A DNA stretch of 64,000 nucleotides from an uncultured Bacteroidales bacterium (GTDB lineage Bacteria > Bacteroidota > Bacteroidia > Bacteroidales > FEN-979). The DNA is taken from contig CAIMWF010000134.1 of assembly GCA_903845055.1 (NCBI GenBank), positions 19,127 to 83,126 on the forward strand, read 5' to 3'. The position numbers and the translations under genes are program-made. Below, piece after piece: positions 7,010-18,282 of this stretch (position 1 is the first letter of the stretch; each line of letters begins with the position of its first letter). The notes under the pieces were generated by a model, which was not told the DNA's origin, did not search any database, and was given only the letters and a program-made list of their open reading frames with translations.

Positions 7010-8167
7010 ATGTCCTTTTACACAACCCTGGGCCAGGTCCCCCGCAAACGGCATGTCGTATTCCGCAAGCCCGATGGCGGCCTCTATGCCGAGCAGCTGG
7101 TTTCGACCGAAGGGTTCTCAGATGCCTACAGTCTTGTTTACCATTGCCACCCGCCCACCCTTGTTACGGCCATCGATGCGGCGTACGACATAGCCCCTGC
7201 GATTGCCGTAGGCCGGAACATGCAACATCGTCTGCTCCAGGGGTTCAGTGTGATACCTGCCGACGATTACCTCGAAAGCAGGGTGCCTGTCCTTGTGAAC
7301 ACCGATTGCCATATCAGCCTGGCAGCTCCGCGGAAATCGATGACGGATTACTATTTCAGGAATGCGGGTGCCGACGAGATGATCTTCATTCACCAGGGCG
7401 AAGGGACCCTCCGGACCATGTACGGCAACATCCCGTTTGGCTATGGCGACCACCTGGTCATTCCCCGTGGGGTGACCTACCAGCTGGCGTTCACCACACC
7501 CGTTAACCGCCTTTTTATCGTCGAATCTTTTGCGCCCCTTCGCTTGCCAAAACGATACGTCAACAAATCGGGTCAGTTGCTTGAACATGCCCCGTTTTGC
7601 GAGCGCGATATCCGTGTGCCGTGCCAGCTTGAAACCCATGATGAAAAGGGAGACTTCCTGGTAAAGATCAAGCGGGATGATATGATCTGGCCCTACCATT
7701 TTGGCAGCCACCCGTTTGACCTGGTGGGCTGGGACGGATGCCACTACCCGTATGCTTTTTCCATCCACGATTTTGAGCCGATCACCGGCAGGCTGCACCA
7801 GCCGCCACCCGTGCACCAGACCTTTGAAACACCCGGCTTTGTGATCTGTGCTTTTGTTCCGCGGCTCTACGACTATCACCCGGGTTCCATCCCGGCCCCT
7901 TACAACCACAGCAATGTGGATTCGGATGAGGTGCTGTATTACGTTGACGGAGATTTCATGAGCAGGAACAACATCAAGCCGGGCAACATCACCCTGCACC
8001 CCACCGGTATTGTACACGGGCCCCACCCGGGAGCCGTTGAAAGGAGCATCGGGGCAAAGGAGACGAAGGAACTTGCCCTGATGGTCGATACCTTCAGGCC
8101 ACTGAAATTAACGATCCAGGCCCTCGCGATCGAGGACCCGGGTTACTTCAGGTCGTGGACTTTTTAG
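7010..8167 (+). CDS. hmgA: Homogentisate 1,2-dioxygenase (short Bacteroidota-type form)
   Basis: 385 aa. The N-terminus is MSFYTTLGQVPRKRHVVFRKPDGGLYAEQLVSTEGFS, and it contains HPTGIVHGPHPG. Neighbours are hppD and fahA. Confidence 0.8.
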   Translation: MSFYTTLGQVPRKRHVVFRKPDGGLYAEQLVSTEGFSDAYSLVYHCHPPTLVTAIDAAYDIAPAIAVGRNMQHRLLQGFSVIPADDYLESRVPVLVNTDCHISLAAPRKSMTDYYFRNAGADEMIFIHQGEGTLRTMYGNIPFGYGDHLVIPRGVTYQLAFTTPVNRLFIVESFAPLRLPKRYVNKSGQLLEHAPFCERDIRVPCQLETHDEKGDFLVKIKRDDMIWPYHFGSHPFDLVGWDGCHYPYAFSIHDFEPITGRLHQPPPVHQTFETPGFVICAFVPRLYDYHPGSIPAPYNHSNVDSDEVLYYVDGDFMSRNNIKPGNITLHPTGIVHGPHPGAVERSIGAKETKELALMVDTFRPLKLTIQALAIEDPGYFRSWTF

Positions 8168-8226
8168 GTGAATGCAGAATAAGTGAATGCAGGAATGCAG
8201 GTAATGCAAACAATGCAAATACTGCA
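8168..8226 (+). repeat. Tandem array of AATGCA(G)-family units directly after the hmgA stop
   Basis: Read as gtgaatgcag aataa gtgaatgcag gaatgcag gtaatgca aacaatgca aatactgca. It is related to the arrays at 44588-44697. Confidence 0.85.
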
Positions 8227-8264
8227 AAAAAATATCAGGAATTCTATTAACAGCGTTTAATTTT

Positions 8265-8288
8265 CAAATTCTCAAATTCTCAACTTAT
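8265..8288 (+). repeat. 8-nt tandem array CAAATTCT x3 just upstream of hppD
   Basis: Read as caaattct caaattct caacttat. It ends 5 nt before the hppD ATG at 8294. Confidence 0.8.
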
Positions 8289-8293
8289 TTCAT

Positions 8294-9394
8294 ATGCTTC
8301 CTCAGGATGATTTTTTACCAATCAACGGTACCGATTACGTTGAATTCTATGTGGGCAATGCCAAACAGGCGGCCCATTATTACCAGACCGCCTTCGGCTT
8401 CCAGCCGCTTGCTTATGCCGGGCTCGAAACTGGGCTGAAAGACCGAACCTCCTATGTGCTGAGGCAGGACAAGATCACCTTTGTCTTCACGACATCCCTC
8501 ATTCCCGATTCACCCGTTGCCGATCACTGCAGGCTTCACGGCGACGGGGTCAAAGTGGTGGCCCTGGGGGTTGACGATGCCCGCCGTTCCTTTGAAGAGA
8601 CGACAAAACGCGGTGCGCTTGCCTATATGCAGCCATCGGTTGTTGCTGATGAAGAGGGGCAGGTGGTGATGTCGGGGATCCACATTTATGGCGAAACAGT
8701 GCACGTTTTCATCGAACGCCGGAACTACCGTGGAATTTTCCTGCCCGGGTTTGTCAAATGGGAGCCGCACTATCGCCCCGCCCCGGTTGGCCTCAGGTAT
8801 GTCGATCACATCGTGGGTAATGTCGACTGGGGCCAGATGGATAAATGGGCCGGGTTTTACCATGACGTGATGGGCTTTAACCAGCTGATCTCGTTTGATG
8901 ACAACGATATCTCGACTGAATACACAGCCCTGATGAGCAAGGTGATGGCAAGCAGCAACCTGTACATCAAATACCCCCTGAATGAGCCGGCACATGGAAA
9001 GAAAAAGTCGCAGATCGAAGAGTACCTTGATTTTTATAAGGGCGCGGGGGTACAGCATGTGGCCATGGAAACCCGCGACATTCTTACCACGGTTGCCACG
9101 CTGAAGGACCGGGGTGTGGAATTCCTGCGCGTTCCCGACGCCTACTACGACACGCTGATCCAGCGTGTCGGCAGCATCGAGGAGACGATTGGTCCGCTTC
9201 GTGAACTCGGCATCCTGGTGGACCGCGATGAAGATGGCTACCTCTTGCAGATATTTACAAAACCCGTGGAGGACAGGCCGACCGTGTTTTACGAGATCAT
9301 CCAGCGCAAGGGGGCCCGTTCGTTCGGAAAGGGCAATTTCAGGGCACTCTTCGAATCAATCGAACTGGAACAGGGAAAGCGCGGAACTTTGTAA
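8294..9394 (+). CDS. hppD: 4-hydroxyphenylpyruvate dioxygenase
   Basis: 366 aa with two VOC/glyoxalase-like halves. Contains VDHIVGNV, GVQHVAM, YLLQIFTKP and FYEIIQRKGARSFGKGNFRALFESIE, the conserved HPPD C-terminal motif. Confidence 0.88.
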   Translation: MLPQDDFLPINGTDYVEFYVGNAKQAAHYYQTAFGFQPLAYAGLETGLKDRTSYVLRQDKITFVFTTSLIPDSPVADHCRLHGDGVKVVALGVDDARRSFEETTKRGALAYMQPSVVADEEGQVVMSGIHIYGETVHVFIERRNYRGIFLPGFVKWEPHYRPAPVGLRYVDHIVGNVDWGQMDKWAGFYHDVMGFNQLISFDDNDISTEYTALMSKVMASSNLYIKYPLNEPAHGKKKSQIEEYLDFYKGAGVQHVAMETRDILTTVATLKDRGVEFLRVPDAYYDTLIQRVGSIEETIGPLRELGILVDRDEDGYLLQIFTKPVEDRPTVFYEIIQRKGARSFGKGNFRALFESIELEQGKRGTL

Positions 9395-9433
9395 ATTATA
9401 AATGACAGAATAATAAGCAAGTTGGAGGTTGTA

Positions 9434-10711
9434 ATGGAGGTCGTCGAGCAATTGAAGTCATGGATTGAAGTAGGGAAGGAGAGCGATTTCCCCATTCAGA
9501 ATATCCCGTTTGGTATTTTTAAAACACCCGGGGGATCTGCAAGGGCCGCCACAAGGATCGGCGACACGGTGATCGATCTGAACGCCCTTGCACAGCAGGG
9601 GTTCCTGGATGGACTGGATATCGATCACGGGATTTTCAGGTATGAAACCCTGAATCCCTTCATGGCCCTGGGAAGACCGGTGTGCCGCAAGGTAAGACAA
9701 AGGATCGCTGAAATTTTCGAGGCGGGGAACCCCATCCTCCGGGATGATGCGGAGTGGCAGGCTGACATTCTTTACCCCCTCCATTCGGTGCAGATGCTGA
9801 TGCCTGTGCATGTAGGCGACTACACCGACTTTTATTCCAGCATCGAGCATGCAACCAATGTCGGGATCATGTTCCGCGATGCTGCCAATGCCCTCTTCCC
9901 GAACTGGAAACACCTCCCGGTCGGATACCATGGCAGGAGTTCTTCCATCGTTGTTTCGGGCACTGATATTTACCGGCCCAATGGTCAGACAAAGTCCGAC
10001 ACCTCCGAAACACCCGACTTCGGACCTTCGAAACAGGTTGACTTTGAACTGGAGATGGCCTTCATCACCTGTACAGCAACCGGGCTTGGGCAACCTGTTC
10101 CTGTTGAGACTGCCGAGGATCATATTTTCGGGATGGTGATCTTCAATGACCTCTCGGCCCGGGATATTCAAAAATGGGAATATGTTCCGCTGGGGCCGTT
10201 TCTCGCGAAAAATTTCGGCTCGGTCATCTCTCCCTGGGTGGTGACCCTCGATGCCATGGAGCCCTTCAGGATTGCCGGACCTCAGCAGGACCCTGTTGTG
10301 CTTCCCTACCTTCGCTCCGACAAACCGCACAATTTCGACGTTCAGCTGGAGGTCTTCATCAGGCCTGAAAACCAGCAGGAACAGCTCGTGTGCCGGTCAA
10401 ACTACCGTTATATGTACTGGAACCTCGCGCAGCAGCTGGCCCATCAAACCGTCAACGGCTGCAATATCAACGTAGGCGACATGTATGCCTCCGGAACCAT
10501 CAGTGGTCCAAACCCCGGTACCCAGGGTTCGATGCTCGAAATTGCCTGGAAAGGTACCCGTCCGGTAAGGATGGCCGACGGCAGTGAACGTAAGTTTATC
10601 AACGACCTCGACACGGTCATCATGCGTGGCTATTGTGTGAAGGAGAACCTGCGGATCGGGTTTGGGGAGGTCGTTACCAAAATCCTGCCCGCCATCCCTT
10701 ATCAATCTTAA
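9434..10711 (+). CDS. fahA: Fumarylacetoacetase
   Basis: Contains SWIEVGKESDFPIQNIPFGIF, HVGDYTDFYSS, GYHGRSSSIVVSG and FGMVIFNDLSARDIQ, which are FAH family motifs. First ATG taken at 9434; the listed ORF begins at a TTG at 9422. Confidence 0.85.
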   Translation: MEVVEQLKSWIEVGKESDFPIQNIPFGIFKTPGGSARAATRIGDTVIDLNALAQQGFLDGLDIDHGIFRYETLNPFMALGRPVCRKVRQRIAEIFEAGNPILRDDAEWQADILYPLHSVQMLMPVHVGDYTDFYSSIEHATNVGIMFRDAANALFPNWKHLPVGYHGRSSSIVVSGTDIYRPNGQTKSDTSETPDFGPSKQVDFELEMAFITCTATGLGQPVPVETAEDHIFGMVIFNDLSARDIQKWEYVPLGPFLAKNFGSVISPWVVTLDAMEPFRIAGPQQDPVVLPYLRSDKPHNFDVQLEVFIRPENQQEQLVCRSNYRYMYWNLAQQLAHQTVNGCNINVGDMYASGTISGPNPGTQGSMLEIAWKGTRPVRMADGSERKFINDLDTVIMRGYCVKENLRIGFGEVVTKILPAIPYQS

Positions 10712-10734
10712 TCTGAAATCTGAAATCTTAAATG
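10706..10734 (+). repeat. 7-nt tandem array TCTKAAA x4 spanning the fahA stop and the next start codon
   Basis: Read as tcttaa tctgaaa tctgaaa tcttaaa tg. The fahA TAA (10709-10711) and the ATG at 10732 are both formed by array units. Confidence 0.85.
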
Positions 10735-11361
10735 GATTCCTACCTGCACTTTGATCCCGGCACCACCTCCGTCCCAAAATTTCATCACCTGATGGTGGGT
10801 GCCATAGCCCCCCGGCCGATTGCCTTTGCCAGCACCATTGACCTGGAAGGGCGGCCCAATCTTTCGCCCTTCAGCTTTTTCAATGCGTTCGGGGCAAATC
10901 CTCCCATCCTTGTGTTCTCCCCTTCGCGGCGCGGCCGTGACAATACCACCAAGCACACCTATGAGAACGTAAAGGAGGTCCCCGAAGTGGTCATCAATGT
11001 GGTTAACTATGCCATGGTGCAGCAGGTAAGCGATTCCAGCGCTGATTTTCCGCGTGGTGTCAATGAATTTTCGATGGTCGGGTTTACCATGGAGCCATCG
11101 GAGCTGGTCAGACCCTTCAGGGTAAAGGAATCGCCGGTGCAGTTTGAGTGCAGGGTGCTCCAGGTGATCGAAATGGGGAACGGTGCCGCCGCCGGTAACC
11201 TTGTGGTCTGTGAAATCCTGCGGATACATATCAGCCAGGAGGTCATGGATGAAAAGGGGAGGATAGACCCGAACAGGCTCGACCTGGTCGGGAGGCTCGG
11301 CGGCGACTACTATGTGCGCGCCTCCGGCTCCGCCCTCTTCGAGATCCCGAAGCCCGACTAG
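10732..11361 (+). CDS. Flavin reductase-like (FMN-binding split-barrel) protein
   Basis: 209 aa. Contains KFHHLMVGAIAPRPIAFASTIDLEGRPNLSPFSFFN, typical of the flavin reductase domain family. Confidence 0.7.
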   Translation: MDSYLHFDPGTTSVPKFHHLMVGAIAPRPIAFASTIDLEGRPNLSPFSFFNAFGANPPILVFSPSRRGRDNTTKHTYENVKEVPEVVINVVNYAMVQQVSDSSADFPRGVNEFSMVGFTMEPSELVRPFRVKESPVQFECRVLQVIEMGNGAAAGNLVVCEILRIHISQEVMDEKGRIDPNRLDLVGRLGGDYYVRASGSALFEIPKPD

Positions 11362-11370
11362 CAAGAGTAG

Positions 11371-11455
11371 TAAAGCCGCACCGCAGTGCGGCTCCATCAG
11401 TAAAGCCGCACCGCAGTGCGGCTCCATCAGTAAAGCCGCACCGCAGTGCGGCTCA
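11371..11455 (+). repeat. Three directly abutting copies of a 30-bp unit, each containing a 7-bp GC-rich hairpin
   Basis: The unit taaaGCCGCACcgcaGTGCGGCtccatcag occupies 11371-11400 and 11401-11430, with a truncated third copy at 11431-11455. It lies between the flavin reductase stop and the phhA ATG. Confidence 0.95.
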
Positions 11456-11467
11456 GATATCATCGAT

Positions 11468-13198
11468 ATGGAAATGAACGAAATCTTAGATAAACTCCCC
11501 GGGCACCTGATGAGCCTGGTCATCGATCAGCCATACAACGACTATACGCCCCAGGACCAAGCCTTATGGCGCTACGTGATGCGCCAGAACGTCCGGCACC
11601 TTGGAAAAGTAGCACATGAATCGTACCTGGAGGGATTGCAGAAGACAGGCATCAGCCTCGAAACCATCCCGAGCATGTACGGGATGAACCGGATCCTGAA
11701 GGAGATCGGGTGGGCCGCCGTAGCAGTGGATGGATTCGTGCCGCCCTCGGCCTTCATGGCCTTCCAGGCATACAACATCCTCGTGATTGCCGCTGACATC
11801 CGTCCCATCAACCAGATCGGGTATACCCCGGCTCCCGATATCATCCACGAAGCCGCCGGCCACGCACCCATCATTGCCGATCCGGGGTATGCCGATTTTC
11901 TGCGCCGTTTTGGTGAAATAGGTGCAAAGGCATTCCTCTCCCCGCAGGATTATAAACTCTATGAAGCCATCCGCCATCTTTCGATCGTGAAGGCCGATCC
12001 CTATTCCGATCCTGACGACATCCGCGAGGCGGAGGAGCAGCTTGCCGATATATCACACGACATGGGAGAGCCCTCCGAGCTGGCACGCATCCGCAACCTG
12101 CACTGGTGGACGGTGGAATACGGGCTGATCGGGGACCTGCAAAACCCGAAGATCTACGGCGCAGGATTGCTCTCCTCCATTGAAGAGAGTGTGCACTGCC
12201 TGGGTCCGGCGGTGAAGAAACTGCCCCTCACCATTGAGGCTGCGAATTACAATTATGATATCACCGAACCCCAGCCACAGTTGTTTGTGACCCCCGATTT
12301 TGCAACCCTGAACCAGGTGCTGGATGAATTTGCCTCCACCATGGCGCTTCGACGCGGCGGAATTTACGGATTGCGCCAGGCCATCCGTTCCGAGAATACG
12401 GCGACCTGCGTTTACAGTTCCGGGCTCGAGGTATCGGGTACCTTTACCGAAGTGGTGGAGCGGAGCGGGGAACTGGTTTATATCAGGACCACCGGCCCTT
12501 CGAGCCTGAATTTCGGTGGCAGGGAACTTCCTGGTCACGACAGGCAATACCATGCCCACGGCTTCGGATCCCCGGTGGGAAGGATCAGGAACCTGGCCGT
12601 GGCCATCGAGGATTTTTCGGAGGAGGAACTTGACCAGGTTGGGTTTACCGACGGCGAAGAGGTCTGCCTCGAATTTACTTCGGGGGTGAAAGTTTCAGGA
12701 ACCATCATCAGCCACGTCATTTGCGAAGGCCATCCCGTGGTTATCAGTTTTTCCGGGTGCACCGTAACCCTGGACGGGAGGATCTTGTTCGATCCTTCAT
12801 GGGGGATTTACGACATGGCGGTCGGGAAAAGCATCGTGTCGGTCTTTTCGGGCCCTGCCGACCCTGAAGCGTTCGGACTGACCTACCCGGCTCCCGGGGA
12901 AAAGACCCACAAGATAAAGCACAATGAGGAGGCAAAAAAGCTGCATGCCCTGTACCAGCAGGTGCGCAATATCCGTGAGGAGAATTGTTCGTTTGCCCTG
13001 TTGCCTTCGGTCTGGCAGGAACTAAAGCGCGATCACCCGGACGATTGGCTGTGTGCCCTTGAAATCCTGGAACTGCTGAAGAAAAAACATATTGAGGATG
13101 CGCTTACGGAAGAGATCTCCGGGTACCTGCGGGCGAAGAAACCGGGGGGAAAGGGAATCTCAAAACTCATCGATGACGGTTTTGCCATGCTGGATTAG
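11468..13198 (+). CDS. phhA: Aromatic amino acid (phenylalanine-4-) hydroxylase with a roughly 280-aa C-terminal extension
   Basis: The iron-ligand motifs are present: IIHEAAGHAPII (His-x4-His) and HWWTVEYGLIG (Glu). Start set at ATG 11468. The upstream part of the listed ORF is only a translation of the hairpin repeats (KAAPQCGSIS x3). Confidence 0.75.
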   Translation: MEMNEILDKLPGHLMSLVIDQPYNDYTPQDQALWRYVMRQNVRHLGKVAHESYLEGLQKTGISLETIPSMYGMNRILKEIGWAAVAVDGFVPPSAFMAFQAYNILVIAADIRPINQIGYTPAPDIIHEAAGHAPIIADPGYADFLRRFGEIGAKAFLSPQDYKLYEAIRHLSIVKADPYSDPDDIREAEEQLADISHDMGEPSELARIRNLHWWTVEYGLIGDLQNPKIYGAGLLSSIEESVHCLGPAVKKLPLTIEAANYNYDITEPQPQLFVTPDFATLNQVLDEFASTMALRRGGIYGLRQAIRSENTATCVYSSGLEVSGTFTEVVERSGELVYIRTTGPSSLNFGGRELPGHDRQYHAHGFGSPVGRIRNLAVAIEDFSEEELDQVGFTDGEEVCLEFTSGVKVSGTIISHVICEGHPVVISFSGCTVTLDGRILFDPSWGIYDMAVGKSIVSVFSGPADPEAFGLTYPAPGEKTHKIKHNEEAKKLHALYQQVRNIREENCSFALLPSVWQELKRDHPDDWLCALEILELLKKKHIEDALTEEISGYLRAKKPGGKGISKLIDDGFAMLD

Positions 13199-13246
13199 CC
13201 AGCACTGAAATCCGACCATCGCTCTCCGGCTTCTGCACTTATTTTA

Positions 13247-13891
13247 TTATTCAGGCTTGTCCTTGCCGATACCTGTTTTTTTCATTTTCAGAAAGCCCCT
13301 GATCAGGATGGTCATGGTGATGGCAGTGATTCCCAGCGCAAAATATTCAATGTTGTCGATGGATGCGGGAATTTTCCGGCCGATAAAAAATCCCAGCGGG
13401 ATCAGGGTGCCCGACCATAAGAAGGCACCTGCGATGTTAAACAGGGTGAATTTCCAGAGTTCAAGGTCGATGGCGCCGGCCAGGATCGGCACAAAGGTGC
13501 GGACCACCGGGATGAACCTGCCACCGATGATCGCGAAGCCTCCATATTTTTCATAATAGGCATGCGTCTTTTCAAGGTGACGCTGCTTGAAAAAGAGGGT
13601 GTCTTTTTTGTGGAAGAGCCTTTTGCCGATGTATTTCCCGGTGATGAAGCCCAGGTAATTCCCGGCAACCGCGGCAAGCCCCACCATGAGCACCAGGACC
13701 CAGAGGCTGACAAACAGGTGGCTCCCACAGAGCAGTCCCGCAGTAAACAGCAGGGCGTCTCCCGGAAAGATAAACCCGATCACGATGCCTGTTTCTGCAA
13801 AAATAATGATCAGCAGGAGGACCATCCCGCCATTCTTTATTATTTCGTCTGAGTGTAGAATAATCTCGAAGAAATCCCTGATCTGCTGCAT
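13247..13891 (-). CDS. DedA family (SNARE-associated) inner membrane protein
   Basis: 214 aa, multi-pass membrane protein. Contains FAETGIVIGFIFPGDALLFTAG and GGRFIPVVRTFVPILAG, the DedA signature. Confidence 0.85.
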   Translation of the reverse strand: MQQIRDFFEIILHSDEIIKNGGMVLLLIIIFAETGIVIGFIFPGDALLFTAGLLCGSHLFVSLWVLVLMVGLAAVAGNYLGFITGKYIGKRLFHKKDTLFFKQRHLEKTHAYYEKYGGFAIIGGRFIPVVRTFVPILAGAIDLELWKFTLFNIAGAFLWSGTLIPLGFFIGRKIPASIDNIEYFALGITAITMTILIRGFLKMKKTGIGKDKPE

Positions 13892-13900
13892 AGACCCGGG

Positions 13901-14122
13901 TTACCTGGCGTTTATTTCCGCAAACAGCTGCATGATCTCATCTTTGTATTCTGCGGGTGCTTCAACATAGCCCCAGCCAAATTCCATTTCCATGATTCCC
14001 CCTAAAGCAGTATCATCGGAGGTGACAATCCCATGGGGAATTTTGCGATCCGTCAGTATTTCTTCAAGTATGCCGGCTTCAAACTCGTTGTTTAAAACCA
14101 GGATTTTTTCGTAGCTTTTCAT
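13901..14122 (-). CDS. Small hypothetical protein (73 aa; possibly a DUF2007-like fold)
   Basis: Clean ORF, tightly packed 9 nt from the DedA gene, with coding-like composition. The function call is a weak recollection only. Confidence 0.5.
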   Translation of the reverse strand: MKSYEKILVLNNEFEAGILEEILTDRKIPHGIVTSDDTALGGIMEMEFGWGYVEAPAEYKDEIMQLFAEINAR

Positions 14123-14165
14123 CGTTCCTATTTTTCCACTAAGGTACTCAATTTTATCCTGAGTT

Positions 14166-14771
14166 CTATGATTTCACGGTTTTCTGGAAGGGATTTAATA
14201 TGGAAAAAATCGATTTGCCCTGTCGTTCGAAATAGCCGCCGCTCACCACTTTTACCTCATCAATCGTATAAAACGCTGTGGGATTGAATTGTTTGATGAT
14301 ATCGATCACATGGCGTGCCTCCTTCCTCCGTATGGTCGTGAAGAGCATTTTGGTCGGGCCCATCATGCCATCGACCGGTACCACCGTCACCCCGTAATTG
14401 TGACTTCGCAGGTGGTCGATCAGGGCAGTTGTGTCCTTTTTGGGAATGACGCGAATCACCACCGTGCCGATGGACAGTTTCTCCTCCAGGAGGATGCCAA
14501 CATAGTTGCCGGTGGCATACCCCGCTGCAAAGGCGAGGTAACAATAGACATTGTCGAGGTGTTTCATGATCTGGCCGATGGCGACCAGCCAGATGAATGA
14601 TTCGAAAAAGGCGAAGAACGGGGCGAGGTGTTTCAGTCCCTTGGCGGCAAAGATCAGCCGGAGCGTTCCGATGGACTGGTCGACGATGCGGAAAATAAAG
14701 ATTAGTAACGGCAATACGAGATACATAAAAGTCTCGTTGTCGAAATGACGGGCGAAATAGTCAAGGTTCAT
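14166..14771 (-). CDS. UPF0316 / DUF2179-domain membrane protein
   Basis: 201 aa. It has N-terminal TM helices (RIVDQSIGTLRLIFAAKG) and a C-terminal DUF2179-like domain (GVTVVPVDGMMGP..MLFTTIRRKE). Confidence 0.7.
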   Translation of the reverse strand: MNLDYFARHFDNETFMYLVLPLLIFIFRIVDQSIGTLRLIFAAKGLKHLAPFFAFFESFIWLVAIGQIMKHLDNVYCYLAFAAGYATGNYVGILLEEKLSIGTVVIRVIPKKDTTALIDHLRSHNYGVTVVPVDGMMGPTKMLFTTIRRKEARHVIDIIKQFNPTAFYTIDEVKVVSGGYFERQGKSIFSILNPFQKTVKS

Positions 14772-14915
14772 AGACGTGATTTATATGGCCGACAGCTTTA
14801 ACCCGATGATCCCCAGGATAACCAGGCTGGCCGGGAACAGGCAGATCCGCAGCATATCAGCCGGAATTTACCTGCAAACATAAGAAATCGCGGGAATAAA
14901 CCGAAGGGGAGTATG

Positions 14916-15185
14916 TTAAAGCTGATGCGGCACCCGGATCCTGCGCAGGCGCGAAACCGTCGCATAAAGAAGGTACCCCAGGGTCATGAAAATAGTGCCG
15001 GAAATTAATCCCGGGTTAAGGGTAACCAGGTGGCTGAAACTGGTAAAGATCAGGATGGCCAGGCTTTGAAAGCCATGCAGGAGCGGGTGGACGATGGACG
15101 GAAAGGCATTGATAAGGACGGGGAAAAAGTTGATGCTGCCGAACGAATGAAGAATGGTTTCCATGGGGTTTTTAATTTCTTCCAA
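14916..15185 (-). CDS. Hypothetical small membrane protein
   Basis: 89-aa ORF with 2-3 hydrophobic segments. No recognisable motif. The start codon is uncertain. Confidence 0.3.
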   Translation of the reverse strand: MEEIKNPMETILHSFGSINFFPVLINAFPSIVHPLLHGFQSLAILIFTSFSHLVTLNPGLISGTIFMTLGYLLYATVSRLRRIRVPHQL

Positions 15186-15276
15186 AATTAATCCGTGGAG
15201 ACCTTATCGTAAATATTTTATCTGTGAATCACCGAAAAGAGGGGATGAATGCCGTTCGCAGATAGCTGAACCGGTC

Positions 15277-17774
<2,498 letters not shown>

Positions 17775-17778
<4 letters not shown>

Positions 17779-18203
17779 TTCTGCTGATTAAGTGATTCAA
17801 TTGCTGCCACGGCACATTCCTGGTCGGTAGCGTAGTGGCCTCCGCTCACGCCCACCGCTCCTATGACCTGGCTGTCGGTGATGACCGGGATGCCGCCACC
17901 CATCAGCATGAAATCGCGGAACCCATGCACCCCTTCGCGAAGTATCGGATCTTCTTTGATGAAATTGAACCAGGGCTCACCGGTAGCCATCCCGAACCCA
18001 ACGGCCGTCACTGCTTTTTTTCGCGAAGCGTCAACGGCGATAAGGGGGCAATGATCCATCCTCATAAAAAGTTTTGTAATCCCGCTCTCATCCACAATGG
18101 TGACGGTTATCGAAAGCCCGAGAGATCCTGCTTTCGAGATGGCAGCCCTGGCCATCCGTTCCGCATCTTTCAGGCTGAGGGATCTTTTGATATAATTTTC
18201 CAT
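17775..18203 (-). CDS. GlcG/HbpS-like (DUF336) putative heme-binding protein
   Basis: The protein starts MENYIKRSLSLKDAERMARAAISKA and contains AVDASRKKAVTAVGF and GGGIPV..IGAVGVSGG. Start set at ATG 18203. Its TGA stop overlaps the ATG of the downstream kinase (ATGA). Confidence 0.75.
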
Positions 18204-18282
18204 AAACCGGTTAAAATTTCTTATGCTGATTTCGTGTTTCCGTGAACACGGCAAGCCGGACGGTTTGTTAAATATACGGATT

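Noticed and set aside
11371-11455. Possible mini-CRISPR array (30-bp palindromic repeats)
   Set aside because: The repeats abut directly with no spacers. There are only 2.8 copies and there are no cas genes in the window.
11312-11467. N-terminal extension of the phhA ORF encoding KAAPQCGSIS x3
   Set aside because: The repeated peptide is just the translation of the three 30-bp hairpin units. The segment also overlaps the end of the flavin reductase gene in another frame. The ATG at 11468 gives a sensible hydroxylase N-terminus.
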